Of a stretch of DNA of 64,000 nt, positions 1-15,867 are shown one piece after another (the stretch's first letter is position 1; each line of letters begins with the position of its first letter). This DNA is from Eledone cirrhosa (Eukaryota). The notes beneath the pieces are model-generated. The model saw only the letters and a list, made by a program, of their open reading frames with translations, did no database searches and was not told where the DNA came from. Made by a program: the position numbers and the translations under genes. The DNA is taken from assembly GCA_964016885.1 (NCBI GenBank), contig OZ024752.1, positions 9,238,001 to 9,302,000 on the forward strand. The letters run 5' to 3'.

Positions 1-272
1 CTAAAACCACTTTTCATATGTTGATTTAAAACTGCACTATCAACAAGTGTTTTTTTAGCCTTCATATCATGTTCTCCTGTTTTATCTGATGAAAACACAA
101 ATATTATTGTTTGATGATGTTTGTTTTTGAAATGCGCATAATAAAATATATTGAACTCCTTTAACCATCTTTTGATCTTATATTATGCATACTCCAGTCC
201 AACAAACTGTAGAGTGCTTCTTATCCGATATCTGCATTGCTTTATTGTACTACAATAAAACTCACCTCCTAC
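1..272 (+). mobile_element. 3' end (pLTR plus tail) of PLE family A, cut by the window edge
   Basis: Near-identical to the reverse complement of 8151-8423 and to 11257-11440. Contains an HHR and runs into (TA)n. Confidence 0.8.
80..146 (+). ncRNA. Minimal type I hammerhead ribozyme (family A)
   Basis: ttttat-CTGATGA-stem II (aaaca...tgttt)-GAAA-tgcgca (palindromic stem III)-TA-ataaaa. Confidence 0.8.
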
Positions 273-412
273 ATATACATATATATATATATACATATAT
301 ATACATATATATATACATACATATATATACATATATATATACATACATATATATACATATATATATACATACATATATATACATATATATATATATACAT
401 ACATATATATAC

Positions 413-503
<91 letters not shown>

Positions 504-574
504 TATACATATATACATATATATACATATATATATTCATATATATATACATATCTATATATATATATACATAT
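271..574. repeat. (TA)n microsatellite with CA interruptions
   Basis: Directly visible. Confidence 0.95.
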
Positions 575-812
575 ATTAGAATTGGAGCTCTGAAATAGCA
601 ATATATATATGGATGTATATATAATGTATTTTGCAATACACTTTATGCTTAATTAAAAGCATTTTGAAGACCGTAAGCTATTGTTTTAAAGTAGTGACAA
701 ATTCATTCACTTTGATCTCAGCAAACAGGGGAGATAAGCCGACAAGACTTGTTTCGCTTTGGTTGAAGCTTATCAAGGCCAACTACCCCACCTGTCTACT
801 GAGATCATATAT

Positions 813-1104
813 GGATGTGGCGCATGCGCAGACTGAGCACACAACACACACACAGAAACAAAATGGCGTAGGACAGAACAATGAGAGGCACAGAAAAAAA
901 GAAAGGAATACCCAGTCACTGAAGAGGTCACAGAGTGTGTGACGAAAGAACTATGACAATATATAAACAACTATCTGGTTGTGGAACCAACCAACCAACC
1001 AGAAATTTATAAATTTATAAATTTATAGATATATAATAAATTGAAATGAAAGCAACTGGTGCGTGTGTTTCTTATTGGCAACATGACCCTCCCAAAGTAT
1101 AACA

Positions 1105-1107
<3 letters not shown>
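813..1107 (+). mobile_element. Solo pLTR/3' end of Neptune-like PLE family H
   Basis: Matches the reverse complement of about 26606-26920. Ends with ATGACCCTCCCAAAGTATAACAATA (MTLPKYNNI), the same N-terminus as the 28489 ORF. Confidence 0.8.
914..957 (+). ncRNA. Minimal hammerhead ribozyme (family H)
   Basis: gtca-CTGAAGA-g-gtcaca/tgtgac-GAAA-gaac-TA-tgac. Confidence 0.7.
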
Positions 1108-2398
<1,291 letters not shown>

Positions 2399-2400
2399 AG

Positions 2401-2655
2401 AAGTGGTTACACAACAGTTACTTCACCGTACCAAGAACAATTGTTTCACTTTAGCGGATCCTCGGCGCGGTCTGGTCATCGTTACAACTCGTCCCATACC
2501 ACTTCAGCTATTACCTTCTATCACCAGCCATGTTTTTCGTGGACTTCCTCCTACTGGGATTTCTTGGCACTTCTTACCCAGCGGTCATCCTCCATGCGCA
2601 TCACATCTCCATACCATTTCAGTCTTCTCTCACGCACACTACAACTTATCCTTCT
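2401..2655 (-). mobile_element. Decayed 3' fragment of an RTE-type LINE
   Basis: The minus strand is similar to 41160-41300 and encodes [20 protein letters not shown], an RTE C-terminal motif. Confidence 0.65.
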
Positions 2656-2659
2656 TATA

Positions 2660-3188
<529 letters not shown>

Positions 3189-3368
3189 GAATAAGTAAAA
3201 GTGAAGTAGTTTCAGATGTGCAAGTCCTTTAATAATAGCTGCATTGTTATTAAAGGACTTGAACATCTGAAACTACTTCTCTTTTACTTATTCGATATTT
3301 ACTCCGTCACTCCTATGTGGAAAAAGTACGTTGAGTGTTTGAATTGAATTGCATCAATGTTTACCCTA
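3189..3368. repeat. Short fold-back (arms about 47 bp, 3189-3235/3247-3293) with a tail, between TA tracts
   Basis: gaataagtaaaagtgaagtagtttcagatgtgcaagtcctttaataa ... ttattaaaggacttgaacatctgaaactacttctcttttacttattc. Confidence 0.8.
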
Positions 3369-3399
<31 letters not shown>

Positions 3400-3440
3400 T
3401 ATACATATACATATATATATATACATATATATATATATAC

Positions 3441-3485
<45 letters not shown>

Positions 3486-3713
3486 CATATACACATATAT
3501 ATATATTTAGTATTAGTTATACTATTTATGGTTATGTAAACACAAAACCTTAAGCAGTTGTAAGTATTTTACACACACCCTAAATAGTGGTAGGCAATAA
3601 TGTATTACTACCTTATTACCAGTAAGTTAAGTAGCTCAATGTAAAAACATCAGATGATTTACAGAGCAGTTATATGAAATATAAGAATCAAAGAACTGTT
3701 CAAAACATTATTG

Positions 3714-3760
3714 TGCTTACAGCTGTTTCCTCCAAACCGAGGTTTGGATTCTTCGGAGCA
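3714..3760 (-). ncRNA. Hammerhead-like fold with variant core CCGAAGA (family C)
   Basis: tgct-CCGAAGA-a-tccaaacc/ggtttgga-g-GAAA-cagctg-TA-agca. Second copy on + strand at 7336-7382. Confidence 0.65.
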
Positions 3761-5203
3761 ATTTATTAATGCATGGACAGTTATATGACCTCCTTTTCAG
3801 CCGAGAGACATACCAATACATATTCAAACATTGATACATATTCAAACATTGTGGGTCAACATTCATTACAGAATTTAGAGTGGCAGTACACACTTCGAGA
3901 TTACATTAATATTAATAGGTACAATCAAAAATCAAAGATATAGGTTAAAGTACAACATGAAGATAAGTGGTTATATAGTGCAAATGTTATATGTGTGGCA
4001 CGCATGTGCGTCTTGTTTATATAGTGTGGCAGAGAGATATGTGTGGTAGAGGCACTTAGGTAGGTAAATAAGAGTGTTAGGTTGGTAGATCTGGTGGCAA
4101 AGTCTTTATATGATTGATATAGTCTGTGTGTGGAGAAATATTATAAGCATTAAAGATAGTGCAAGCATTAAAAGTGTTATAAGTATTGGAGATGCACAGC
4201 GCAGGGATGTCAAGTAATTCGTGTACTTCGGCATTTTCATGGTCAAGGGAGTGTATATTTCGATTATATGCCTTTCACATAATCCACGACAATCCAGTTA
4301 GAGATCGTAGTCTGGTGTTCATTAGTTCGATACAGGAGGTTGTTACGTTTCGAGAAACGCCATTGAATACCGGAAGTGTATGTGTGGCTAAGGGGAGTTA
4401 ATGCATGCGGGGAGGTAACTCTGGGGTCTCTATATCTAGCCATTAAAATGTGTCCCAATATAGACCCTAAATTCTATGGTGAGGTGCACCTTCCAAGAGA
4501 GACTTTTAAAGCATAAAGTGTACTAACTGTAGAGTAGTTTAACTAAATTATGCTGAAGGTGATCATATTATTATTAAGGTGGATTAACCCATCTTAAGGT
4601 GCTACAAATGGAAATTATAGATGATGAGCGAGGATTCTAAATTAATGATCTCTGTGGTTGTAGTCTGCTCATATGACCAGGCGCGGTGATTGCAGGATTG
4701 CTTCAGGACCCAATGATCTCTGGTAAGATCTGGGTCATCGCTTGCTACATTGGATGTCGAAAGATAATCGTCCCCAGGCAGGCCAAAGGTCAATCCGCAG
4801 TCCTCGCGACCCCTCTCTGACCGTCAGATCATCCATATACGTACAACCCGCACGGCAGTTGCATTGCATTCACTCACTGTGCTCAGCAGCCCGGTCCTAC
4901 TGGTCAACAGCGCTACTCGATTAAATCATTTTACATCTGTCTAAGGAAGGTGTTTCCTCTGCCCAACACCATCCAACCGATCAATTCATGCTCAAATTAC
5001 CCTTAGAGCGGTGTAGTGCCGTCCAAGAGGGTGGATGTTGTCACACCTGCCGTAGAGGTATAAATGGGTATTTTCCCTGCGAAGGGTTCCAGAGGGATGT
5101 CGTTGTTTGTGTTATAATGGATCAGCTAGTGTTGGGTATGTAGTATAGGGTGTGTCTCTGGTGTTTGATGTTAGATGTGGTGTTAGGTTCCAGTCCGACA
5201 TTG

Positions 5204-6706
5204 CTATATATAGGGCTTAAAGTTTTGGAAGGAATGTCTGAGGCGGTGCTGGCAAGTTGCAAACACCTCAGATTTTTTGTTAAGTAGGTTACGGTTGGAG
5301 AAGATAATATTGTGTGTCTCTAGTATACAGAGGTTACAGAATTTATTAGGTGGTTTGTACGAGGTCGCGCTGCCTATCACTTCCCATTTGAGTGTGTATG
5401 GTTTATTTTTAGATTTTAGATAGTGTATGTAGCTAGAAAGTGAGGTGGAGTTGGCTAGGCTGTGCTTTTTGAACGAGTGGATGTGCGAGTTATATCTGAT
5501 TTTGAAGCAGTTAGAAGTGGAGCCTACATAGGTTTCTGAAGAGTTATTAGTCGTGACTGTGCATGAGTATATGACATCCTTGGTTAGGCATTTTTTATCT
5601 AAAGGGCAGGTTCTATTAGCTCTACAGTTACAATTATTCTGTGCGTTAGTCCGCTGGTTATAATGCAATGCGGAAGTCTGTGTGGTGGATATAGGATTTT
5701 GGGTGTTCGGGTTGGCAACCCTGGTGTTATTACTTATACTAGTGTTATTTCTATTGTTACTGCCGTTGCTATTGTTGCTTGCTACAGTGGTATTTAGAGG
5801 GTTTGCATCCCGTTGTGATTTTGTTTGTTGGAAGTAAGAACTAATTTTACTATTATTGCTGCTAGCTATGTGGTATGCTAAATTAGGCGTCGTAGAGTAT
5901 GAGATTTTAATGGTGTTTTTGTTTAAGAGGTTGTGGTACTTGTGTCCTAGAGGGAAGTTTTTATCTAGTAGTGAGAAGAAAGCCCTAGGTATGTTGGTGG
6001 AGACATTTAGGTTGAAAGGAGGGTTGAAAAATGTATTATTTCTTCTTCTATTTTTGCTTTTAGTGTTTGGTGTGTTGCTTCCTCCTAAGGCCTCACAGTA
6101 GTTTCCATCGTAATGCTTACTTCCTGTGGCACCCTCCGCTTTGGTGTACTTGTGGTTGCTATTCCTATTATTAGATTTCCTCATGGACATGTTGTGCGAG
6201 ATTATGTTGTAGCTATGTGTTTTCTTAGGTAGGAACTCAATCTCTATATTATGGCCGGAGCTAGCTAATGCTTGATTGTAATATTGTGAGTTTTTGCTAA
6301 ATATGTTTGCGTCATAGGACAGACTAGAGATTCTATTGGACACCCCCTTAGAGATAGAGTTTAATATTGATCTAGGGTGATTAGACTTGGTATCTACGTA
6401 AATAAGTTTCTCATTAGGCTTATGGAAAGGTGTATATATTTTTGAGTCTAGGTATAGTGTGGCGTCTAGGAAGTTAACATTTTTAGTGTTTTTGTCCATG
6501 GTGATACTAAGGTTAAAGTTTTTGAATGTCTTATGCAGTTGTTTTCTAGTTCTTTCTATATTAAATTTTTTATATTCTATGAGTAGAAGTGCATCATCGC
6601 GGTACAAACCACCGTTGAGGTAAGGGAGGTCTTTATGGATTTCATTGAGGAGGTATAGGCCGACCAAATCAGTGACCTGCGCCGAGTCACTAGATCCCAT
6701 GGTTAT
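5204..6706 (-). pseudogene. Truncated PLE polyprotein: C-terminal RT, Zn-knuckle and GIY-YIG endonuclease
   Basis: Motifs ITMGSSDSAQVTDLVG, YRDD, VNFLD, SNHP, CNCRANRTC (CxCX5C), VIYSC...YVGST, RYNSH, CNLC. The first ~69 aa of the track ORF come from the inverted junction. Confidence 0.88.
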
Positions 6707-7335
6707 AGCCACACATACACTTCCGGTATTCAATGGCGTTTCTCGAAACGTAACAACCTCCTGTATCGAACTAAAGAACACCAGACTACGATCTCTAACT
6801 GGATTGTCGTGGATTATGTGAAAGGCATATAATCGAAATATACACTCCCTTGACCATGAAAATGCCGAAGTACACGAATTACTTGACATCCCTGCGCTGT
6901 GCATCTCCAATACTTATAACACTTTTAATGCTTGCACTATCTTTAATGCTTATAATATTTCTCCACACACAGACTATATCAATCATATAAAGACTTTGCC
7001 ACCAGATCTACCAACCTAACACTCTTATTTACCTACCTAAGTGCCTCTACCACACATATCTCTCTGCCACACTATATAAACAAGACGCACATGCGTGCCA
7101 CACATATAACATTTGCACTATATAACCACTTATCTTCATGTTGTACTTTAACCTATATCTTTGATTTTTGATTGTACCTATTAATATTAATGTAATCTCG
7201 AAGTGTGTACTGCCACTCTAAATTCTGTAATGAATGTTGACCCACAATGTTTGAATATGTATCAATGTTTGAATATGTATTGGTATGTCTCTCGGCTGAA
7301 AAGGAGGTCATATAACTGTCCATGCATTAATAAAT

Positions 7336-7382
7336 TGCTCCGAAGAATCCAAACCTCGGTTTGGAGGAAACAGCTGTAAGCA
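7336..7382 (+). ncRNA. Hammerhead-like fold with variant core, in the inverted arm of family C
   Basis: Identical reverse complement of 3714-3760. Confidence 0.65.
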
Positions 7383-7424
7383 CAATAATGTTTTAAACAG
7401 TTCTTTGATTCTTATATTTCATAT

Positions 7425-8150
<726 letters not shown>

Positions 8151-8279
8151 ATGTAGGAGGTGAGTTTTATTGTAGTACAATAAAGCAATGCAGATATCGG
8201 ATAAGAAGCACTCTACAGTTTGTGGGACTGGAGTATGCATAATATAAGATCAAAAGATGGTTAAAGGAGTTCCATATAT

Positions 8280-8346
8280 TTTATTATGCGCATTTCAAAA
8301 ACAAACATCATCAAACAATATTATTTGTGTTTTCATCAGATAAAAC
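8280..8346 (-). ncRNA. Hammerhead ribozyme (family A, left arm)
   Basis: Reverse complement of the 80-146 motif. Confidence 0.8.
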
Positions 8347-9866
8347 AGGAGAACATGATATGAAGGCTAAAAAACACTTGTTGATAGTGCAGTTTTAAAT
8401 CAACATATGAAAAGTGGTTTTAGATTGATGTGTGATATTGGGAAAAATATTTTATTTAGAGAGAGGGGGGGGGGGAGAAAAGGATGAAAAGGGAAGGAGA
8501 TGAGAGGGAGCGATGGGTGATAGAGAGAAAGAGATAGTTTTTATAACTGAGAGGAGATATATTTTATATAGAGGGGTTGAAAACCGTTGGAAGATACTGT
8601 ATAAATTAAAAATTTTGAAAATTAACGAAGGGAGGATATGTCCGAGGAAAAAATGTTTTATTTAGGGGGGGGGGGGGGGGTTGGAAAGGATGAAAAAAAG
8701 GGGAGGAGATGAGAGTGAAGGTGGAAAGGGAGAGATGGGTGATAGAGAGAAAGAGATAGTTTTTATAACTGAGAAAAAGATATAATGTTTTAATATAGAG
8801 AGGTTGGGAACCGTTGGAAGATAATGTATAAATTAAAGGAATTTGAAAATTAACGAAGGGAAATTATGTATGAAGATAGAGAGAAAAAAAAAAAATAATA
8901 ATTGTGGGTGAATATTCTAACGTCAAAAGAAGAAATGTATGTATTGTGGGAATTTCAAAATTAGCAAAGAGAAAAAAAGTTTATGTGTAGAAGGATTTGA
9001 GAAAAATAATGTGAAGTTAAAGTTTGTATATTGAATTCATATGTATTAATAATGAGTTCGTTGATGGGGAGAAAAAAATAATAATAAATTAAGGATGAAA
9101 TTGAGATTAAAAAGATTTATGATAGAGAGAAAAAATAATAATGATTGCGGATGAATACTCAAAATGTCAAAAACAAATGTTATTGTTTTACGAGAAGATA
9201 GAATGAGGGTAATGAGTAAACGAGTATTATAGAGTGTATAATGCCCTTTAAAGTAAGGTAGATGGGTATATTTTAAAGAATATATGAGTATATATTAAAA
9301 AAAATATTATAATAAATTAAGGATGAAATTGAGATTAAAAAGATTTATGATAGAGAGAAAAAATAATAATGATTGCGGATGAATATTCAAAATGTCAAAA
9401 ACAAATGTTATTGTTTTACGAGAAGATAGAATGAGGGTAATGAGTAAACGAGTATTATAGAGTGTATAATGCCCTTTAAAGTAAGGTAGATGGGTATATT
9501 TTAAAGAGGTGTATGTATATGTGCCTTTGAGAAAAGATTCTAAATTGATAAAGAATTGAATATTAACTGTATACTTTGTGAAAAGTTCTATGGAATTTAT
9601 GCAGGCAGATAGAAAACAAATCTGAGCGTCTATTTATTATGGATTCTAGGTTAGAGATAATGGTAAATTTTTCATTTAGGCAGAGATTACAGATTTTAGA
9701 TAGAGAGCTGTTCAAGTATGAGGATGCAGAAGAAATCTTTTTCCAAAAGATGTTATATTTAATGTTTTTGTCTTTTAAGGACCATATGAGTTCTGAGAGA
9801 GCAGTGTTAGTTCTTTTAAGTTTGTATTTGAAACTTAAAAGAACTAACTAATTTTTAATTTATTTG

Positions 9867-10127
9867 AAACTTAAAAGAACTAACACTGCTCTCTCAGAAC
9901 TCATATGGTCCTTAAAAGACAAAAACATTAAATATAACATCTTTTGGAAAAAGATTTCTTCTGCATCCTCATACTTGAACAGCTCTCTATCTAAAATCTG
10001 TAATCTCTGCCTAAATGAAAAATTTACCATTATCTCTAACCTAGAATCCATAATAAATAGACGCTCAGATTTGTTTTCTATCTGCCTGCATAAATTCCAT
10101 AGAACTTTTCACAAAGTATACAGTTAA
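9867..10127 (+). pseudogene. C-terminal fragment of a PLE GIY-YIG endonuclease (mirror copy on - strand about 9563-9823)
   Basis: TALSELIWSLKDKNIKYNIFWKKI...CNLCLNEK...INRRSDLFSICLH is homologous to the C-termini of the 5204 and 17150 ORFs. Confidence 0.8.
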
Positions 10128-11334
10128 TATTCAATTCTTTATCAATTTAGAATCTTTTCTCAAAGGCACATATACATACACCTCTTTAAAATATACCCAT
10201 CTACCTTACTTTAAAGGGCATTATACACTCTATAATACTCGTTTACTCATTACCCTCATTCTATCTTCTCGTAAAACAATAACATTTGTTTTTGACATTT
10301 TGAATATTCATCCGCAATCATTATTATTTTTTCTCTCTATCATAAATCTTTTTAATCTCAATTTCATCCTTAATTTATTATAATATTTTTTTTAATATAT
10401 ACTCATATATTCTTTAAAATATACCCATCTACCTTACTTTAAAGGGCATTATACACTCTATAATACTCGTTTACTCATTACCCTCATTCTATCTTCTCGT
10501 AAAACAATAACATTTGTTTTTGACATTTTGAGTATTCATCCGCAATCATTATTATTTTTTCTCTCTATCATAAATCTTTTTAATCTCAATTTCATCCTTA
10601 ATTTATTATTATTTTTTTCTCCCCATCAACGAACTCATTATTAATACATATGAATTCAATATACAAACTTTAACTTCACATTATTTTTCTCAAATCCTTC
10701 TACACATAAACTTTTTTTCTCTTTGCTAATTTTGAAATTCCCACAATACATACATTTCTTCTTTTGACGTTAGAATATTCACCCACAATTATTATTTTTT
10801 TTTTTTCTCTCTATCTTCATACATAATTTCCTTTCGTTAATTTTCAAATTCCTTTAATTTATACATTATCTTCCAATGGTTCCCAACCTCTCTATATTAA
10901 AACATTATATCTTTTTCTCAGTTATAAAAACTATCTCTTTCTCTCTATCACCCATCTCTCCCTTTCCACCTTCACTCTCATCTCCTCCCCTTTTTTTCAT
11001 CCTTTCCACCCCCCCCCTCTAAATAAAATATTTTTTCCTCGCACATATCCTCCCTTCGTTAATTTTCAAAATTTTTAATTTATACAGTATCTTCCAACGG
11101 TTTTCAACCCCTCTATATAAAATATATCTCCTCTCAGTTATAAAAACTATCTCTTTCTCTCTATCACCCATCTCTCCTGCTCATCTCCTTCCCTTTTCAT
11201 CCTTTTCTCCCCCCCCCTCTCTAAATAAAATATTTTTCCCAATATCACACATCAATCTAAAACCACTTTTCATATGTTGATTTAAAACTGCACTATCAAC
11301 AAGTGTCTTTTAGCCTTCATATCATGTTCTCCTG

Positions 11335-11401
11335 TTTTATCTGATGAAAACACAAATATTATTGTTTGATGATGTTTGTTTTTGAAATGCGCATAATAAA
11401 A
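11335..11401 (+). ncRNA. Hammerhead ribozyme (family A, right arm)
   Basis: Same as 80-146. Confidence 0.8.
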
Positions 11402-11541
11402 TATATGGAACTCCTTTAACCATCTTTTGATCTTATATTATATATACATATATATATATACATATATATATATACATATATACAAATATATATATATACA
11501 TATATATATATACATATATATATATACATATATATATATAC

Positions 11542-11572
<31 letters not shown>

Positions 11573-11599
11573 CATATATATATACATATATATATATAC

Positions 11600-11630
<31 letters not shown>

Positions 11631-11675
11631 CATATATATATACATATATATATATACATATATATATATATACAC

Positions 11676-11710
<35 letters not shown>

Positions 11711-11711
11711 C

Positions 11712-11816
<105 letters not shown>

Positions 11817-11851
11817 CATATATATATATATACATATATATACATATATAT

Positions 11852-12216
11852 CGTTGAGAACAAATCTGTTGCTTTACTAGGCTGCTATTTCTTTAGTAGT
11901 AATTGTAGACAGCAAGTCTTTGATTTTCCCGCTTTTACTTCGGTCCAGTTTACATACGGGTCACTTTTACGACCTTTCAGACCTTTATTAGCTGGCAGGA
12001 GGTTGTATATTTTGTCGTTCCTGGGACGTTTAGCCCTAGGATGGGAAAATGCTTCTCTGATGAGCTTTGGTTTTCCATCATGAATCCATCGGATTTATGA
12101 GGTTTTACAAAGCGAAACTGATCAGTAAGGGCCACTAGAAGAGGTAAATATTTATATTATATTTTTTAATGTATTTTGAAAAATTGATTGAATTTTACTT
12201 GTTCTGCTTATCTTAA
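11852..12216 (+). mobile_element. Solo HHR-bearing pLTR-like insert (family D) in (TA)n
   Basis: 365-bp unique island between TA tracts, with an HHR and no ORF. Confidence 0.65.
12051..12133 (+). ncRNA. Hammerhead ribozyme with an extended stem II
   Basis: ttct-CTGATGA-gctttg...(tcatgaatcc/ggatttatga)...caaagc-GAAA-ctgatcag-TA-aggg. Confidence 0.8.
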
Positions 12217-12247
12217 TATATATATATACATATATATATTTATATAC

Positions 12248-12368
<121 letters not shown>

Positions 12369-12387
12369 CATATATATATATATACAT

Positions 12388-12544
<157 letters not shown>

Positions 12545-12548
12545 CAAA

Positions 12549-12600
<52 letters not shown>

Positions 12601-12615
12601 CATATATATATACAT

Positions 12616-12886
<271 letters not shown>

Positions 12887-15140
12887 AGCAAACATGGAGT
12901 GCAAACATCGCCACACAAGACACTAACACACAATTTCAACACTTCATGACAACGATACACACCATTTGCAAAAAGTGTGTCCCGGAGAAAGAGGCAAACA
13001 GACACAAAAATCTTATTCCCAGAGATAGGAAAATCCTTATGAGACGTAGAACTAAACTCTCAAACCAGTTGAATAGTCAACAAAACCAAAACAAGTAGGA
13101 ATCCTATTTGAAACGTGCACTACTTGACACCGAGATTGCACTCAAGCTTTCACATGAGAATGAGAGGGCAAGGAAAGAGAACAGGGCCATAGAAAACATT
13201 AAAACAAACCCTAAGGCCTTCTTTAAATTTGCAAAAGAAACTGCCTCAGTACACTGCAAGATTGGACCACTCTTCCACACGGACGGTTCATTAACCGAAA
13301 ATCCCCAAGAGATATGTGAAATACTGAACGAACAGTACAAAAGTGTCTTCACATGTCCACTGAGGCACATGCAAATAACGAAGCCAGAGGAGTTCTTTGA
13401 TGCCACAACACTACATCAAGAAATGGCAACCATCAACCACATAGACATAACGGGGGAGGATGTGGTGTGCGCCATTGATGAAATTAGAACAGACTCGGCT
13501 GCTGGACCTGATGGATTCCCAGCAGTTCTCCTAAAAATATGTAAGCGGGCCTTAGCAACTCCACTGAAGATGCTCTTCAGAAGCTCCTTGGCTAGCGGTG
13601 TACTACCCAGGGAGCTGAAAGAAGGCACAATATGCCCTATCCATAAAGGAGGTAGTAGAGCGGAGGCCAAGAACTATAGGCCAGTCTCCCTGACGTCGCA
13701 TATCAGTAAGGTCATGGAGCGAGTCGTCAGAAAGAAACTAATCACTTTCCTCGAAGAAAATGACCGCCTGACTAGCACGCAACATGGCTTCCGCCCAGGA
13801 AGAAGCTGCCTTACACAGCTGCTACATCACTACGACTGGGTACTGAGACAGCTACTAGACAGCTCACATGTAGACGTGATATATCTTGACTTTGCGAAGG
13901 CCTTTGACAAGGTCGACCACGGAATGATATGTCACAAACTACACGGACTCGGCATAACTGGAAAAGTAGGTGAGTGGCTGCATGGCTTCCTGAGGGACAG
14001 AAGCCAGGCAGTCGCAGCAAATGGGGCCCTCTCGATAACAAGTGGGGTGCCTCAGGGGACAGTCCTGGGACCACTACTGTTTTTGGTGGCTCTCTCGGAC
14101 ATGCCCTCTGTGGTGCATGCAACAACATCCCTCACTAGCTATGCTGATGACACTAAGGTAGCACAGGCAATCAAAAACCCGGCTGACGCTGCCCTCTTAC
14201 AGCAGGATCTGGATGCCATATACAGATGGGCGGAAGAAAACAACATGCAGTTTAATGCTGGCAAATTCCAAGCCCTACAATACAAACCTGCAAACACAAA
14301 CACAAATATAGCGGAACACAGCTACATAGGACCAGGAGGGACCGATATCCCCGTGTCAAAATCGATACGAGACCTGGGCATAGACATGAGCGATGATGCA
14401 TCTTTTTCTTCACACATCATGAAGGTGGCGACAGCATGTAGACGATTCGCTGGCTGGATCTTGAGGACTTTCCTTACAAGAGATCGAGACACCATGTTGA
14501 CACTGTGGAGGACTTTTGTCCTAAGCCGCCTGGACTACTGCTCCCAGCTGTGGTCACCCCATAGTGTCAAACTAACCACAGAGCTTGAGGCAATCCAGCG
14601 AAGCTACACCAAGAGGATTGCCAAGATGAGGGAGACAAGCTACTGGGAGAGGCTGAAGGAACTGAACCTCTACTCCTTGGAGCGAAGACGGGAGAGATAC
14701 GCAGTGATCTACATGTGGAAAATCCTGGAGGGACTAGCACCAAACTTTGGCATTGGGAGCTGGACCAACCGTCGAACAGGACGTCACTGTGTGGTGCCAA
14801 AGGTCCCGTCTTCCACATCTAGAATAAGGAGCAGGTATTGCAATAGCCTGGGATTCAAGGGCCCTCAACTCTTCAACAGGCTGCCGAGGCATCTGCGAGA
14901 CTTGCATGACGTGGAGGTGGATGTCTTTAAGAAACATCTCGACACCTTGTTATCCAGGATCCAGGATGAGCCCACAGCAAGACACGAGGGAAACCTAAGG
15001 GCAGCAGCAACAAACTCCCTCCTACACCAGTGGCCAACCTATACAGGCTGGAGATAAAATGTGTAGCAACAAGGGCGGTGCCCCAGCATGGCCTCAGCCG
15101 GATGGCTGAAACAGGTAAAAGAGTAAAAGAGTAAAAGAGT
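12887..15140 (+). mobile_element. 5'-truncated CR1/L2-group non-LTR retrotransposon inserted in (TA)n
   Basis: RT ORF, short 3' UTR with a stem-loop (tcagcc/ggctga) and an (AAAAGAGT)3 tail. TA tracts on both sides. Confidence 0.88.
13108..15057 (+). CDS. LINE ORF2 reverse transcriptase portion (truncated; upstream in-frame TAG at about 13096)
   Basis: Motifs [56 protein letters not shown]. Confidence 0.85.
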   Translation: MKRALLDTEIALKLSHENERARKENRAIENIKTNPKAFFKFAKETASVHCKIGPLFHTDGSLTENPQEICEILNEQYKSVFTCPLRHMQITKPEEFFDATTLHQEMATINHIDITGEDVVCAIDEIRTDSAAGPDGFPAVLLKICKRALATPLKMLFRSSLASGVLPRELKEGTICPIHKGGSRAEAKNYRPVSLTSHISKVMERVVRKKLITFLEENDRLTSTQHGFRPGRSCLTQLLHHYDWVLRQLLDSSHVDVIYLDFAKAFDKVDHGMICHKLHGLGITGKVGEWLHGFLRDRSQAVAANGALSITSGVPQGTVLGPLLFLVALSDMPSVVHATTSLTSYADDTKVAQAIKNPADAALLQQDLDAIYRWAEENNMQFNAGKFQALQYKPANTNTNIAEHSYIGPGGTDIPVSKSIRDLGIDMSDDASFSSHIMKVATACRRFAGWILRTFLTRDRDTMLTLWRTFVLSRLDYCSQLWSPHSVKLTTELEAIQRSYTKRIAKMRETSYWERLKELNLYSLERRRERYAVIYMWKILEGLAPNFGIGSWTNRRTGRHCVVPKVPSSTSRIRSRYCNSLGFKGPQLFNRLPRHLRDLHDVEVDVFKKHLDTLLSRIQDEPTARHEGNLRAAATNSLLHQWPTYTGWR

Positions 15141-15144
15141 ATAC

Positions 15145-15175
<31 letters not shown>

Positions 15176-15188
15176 TATATATATACAC

Positions 15189-15261
<73 letters not shown>

Positions 15262-15307
15262 CATATATATACATATATAAATATATATATATACATATAC
15301 ATATATA

Positions 15308-15343
<36 letters not shown>

Positions 15344-15387
15344 CATAATATTAAATAAATGGAAAACTATATTTATAAAACCATATT

Positions 15388-15453
15388 TATTTCATTATAT
15401 ATATTTCGGGGATATCATATTAACAATATGCTATGCCTTCATCAGACAAAATA
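15388..15453 (-). ncRNA. Hammerhead ribozyme (family F 3' pLTR)
   Basis: tattttgt-CTGATGA-stem II-GAAA-tatata-TA-atgaaata. Copies at 19543-19608 (-) and 20420-20485 (+). Confidence 0.75.
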
Positions 15454-15824
15454 CAATATAAACAGTTTTATAGATAAATATATTCGACATACCGTAATAA
15501 ACATCAACTTCATTTGAAGAGGTTTACTCTAGCAGTGAAAATACAGAGAGAAAGAAAGAGAGAGAGAAAAGAGGGAAATAAGAAAGAAAGAAAGACAAAA
15601 CGAAGAAAAGGAAGAAAAAGAAGAAAAAGAAAAAGAAGAAATGCATGGGACAAAATAGAGAGATGGAAAAATAGATAAAGCGAAGAGCTTCATGTAAAGA
15701 GACAGAAAGAGATATATATATATATAGAGAGAGAGAGGAAATAGAGATAGATACATATATAAATATAGATATAGAAAAATTAGGTAGTGGGAGGTCATTT
15801 TGAGTAAGTGTATCAATGATGCAT

Positions 15825-15867
<43 letters not shown>

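Larger units (their letters stand above)
8151..11440. mobile_element. 3.3-kb palindromic fold-back of PLE family A 3' ends
   Basis: Arms about 8240-9823 and 9867-11440 are near-perfect reverse complements. Each carries an EN C-terminus, a long 3' UTR with an internal ~225-bp duplication, and an HHR. Confidence 0.9.

Noticed and set aside
6707-6910. N-terminal 69 aa of the 568-aa ORF, and the 4186-4401 ORF
   Set aside because: This is antisense 3' UTR sequence fused in frame by the inversion junction.
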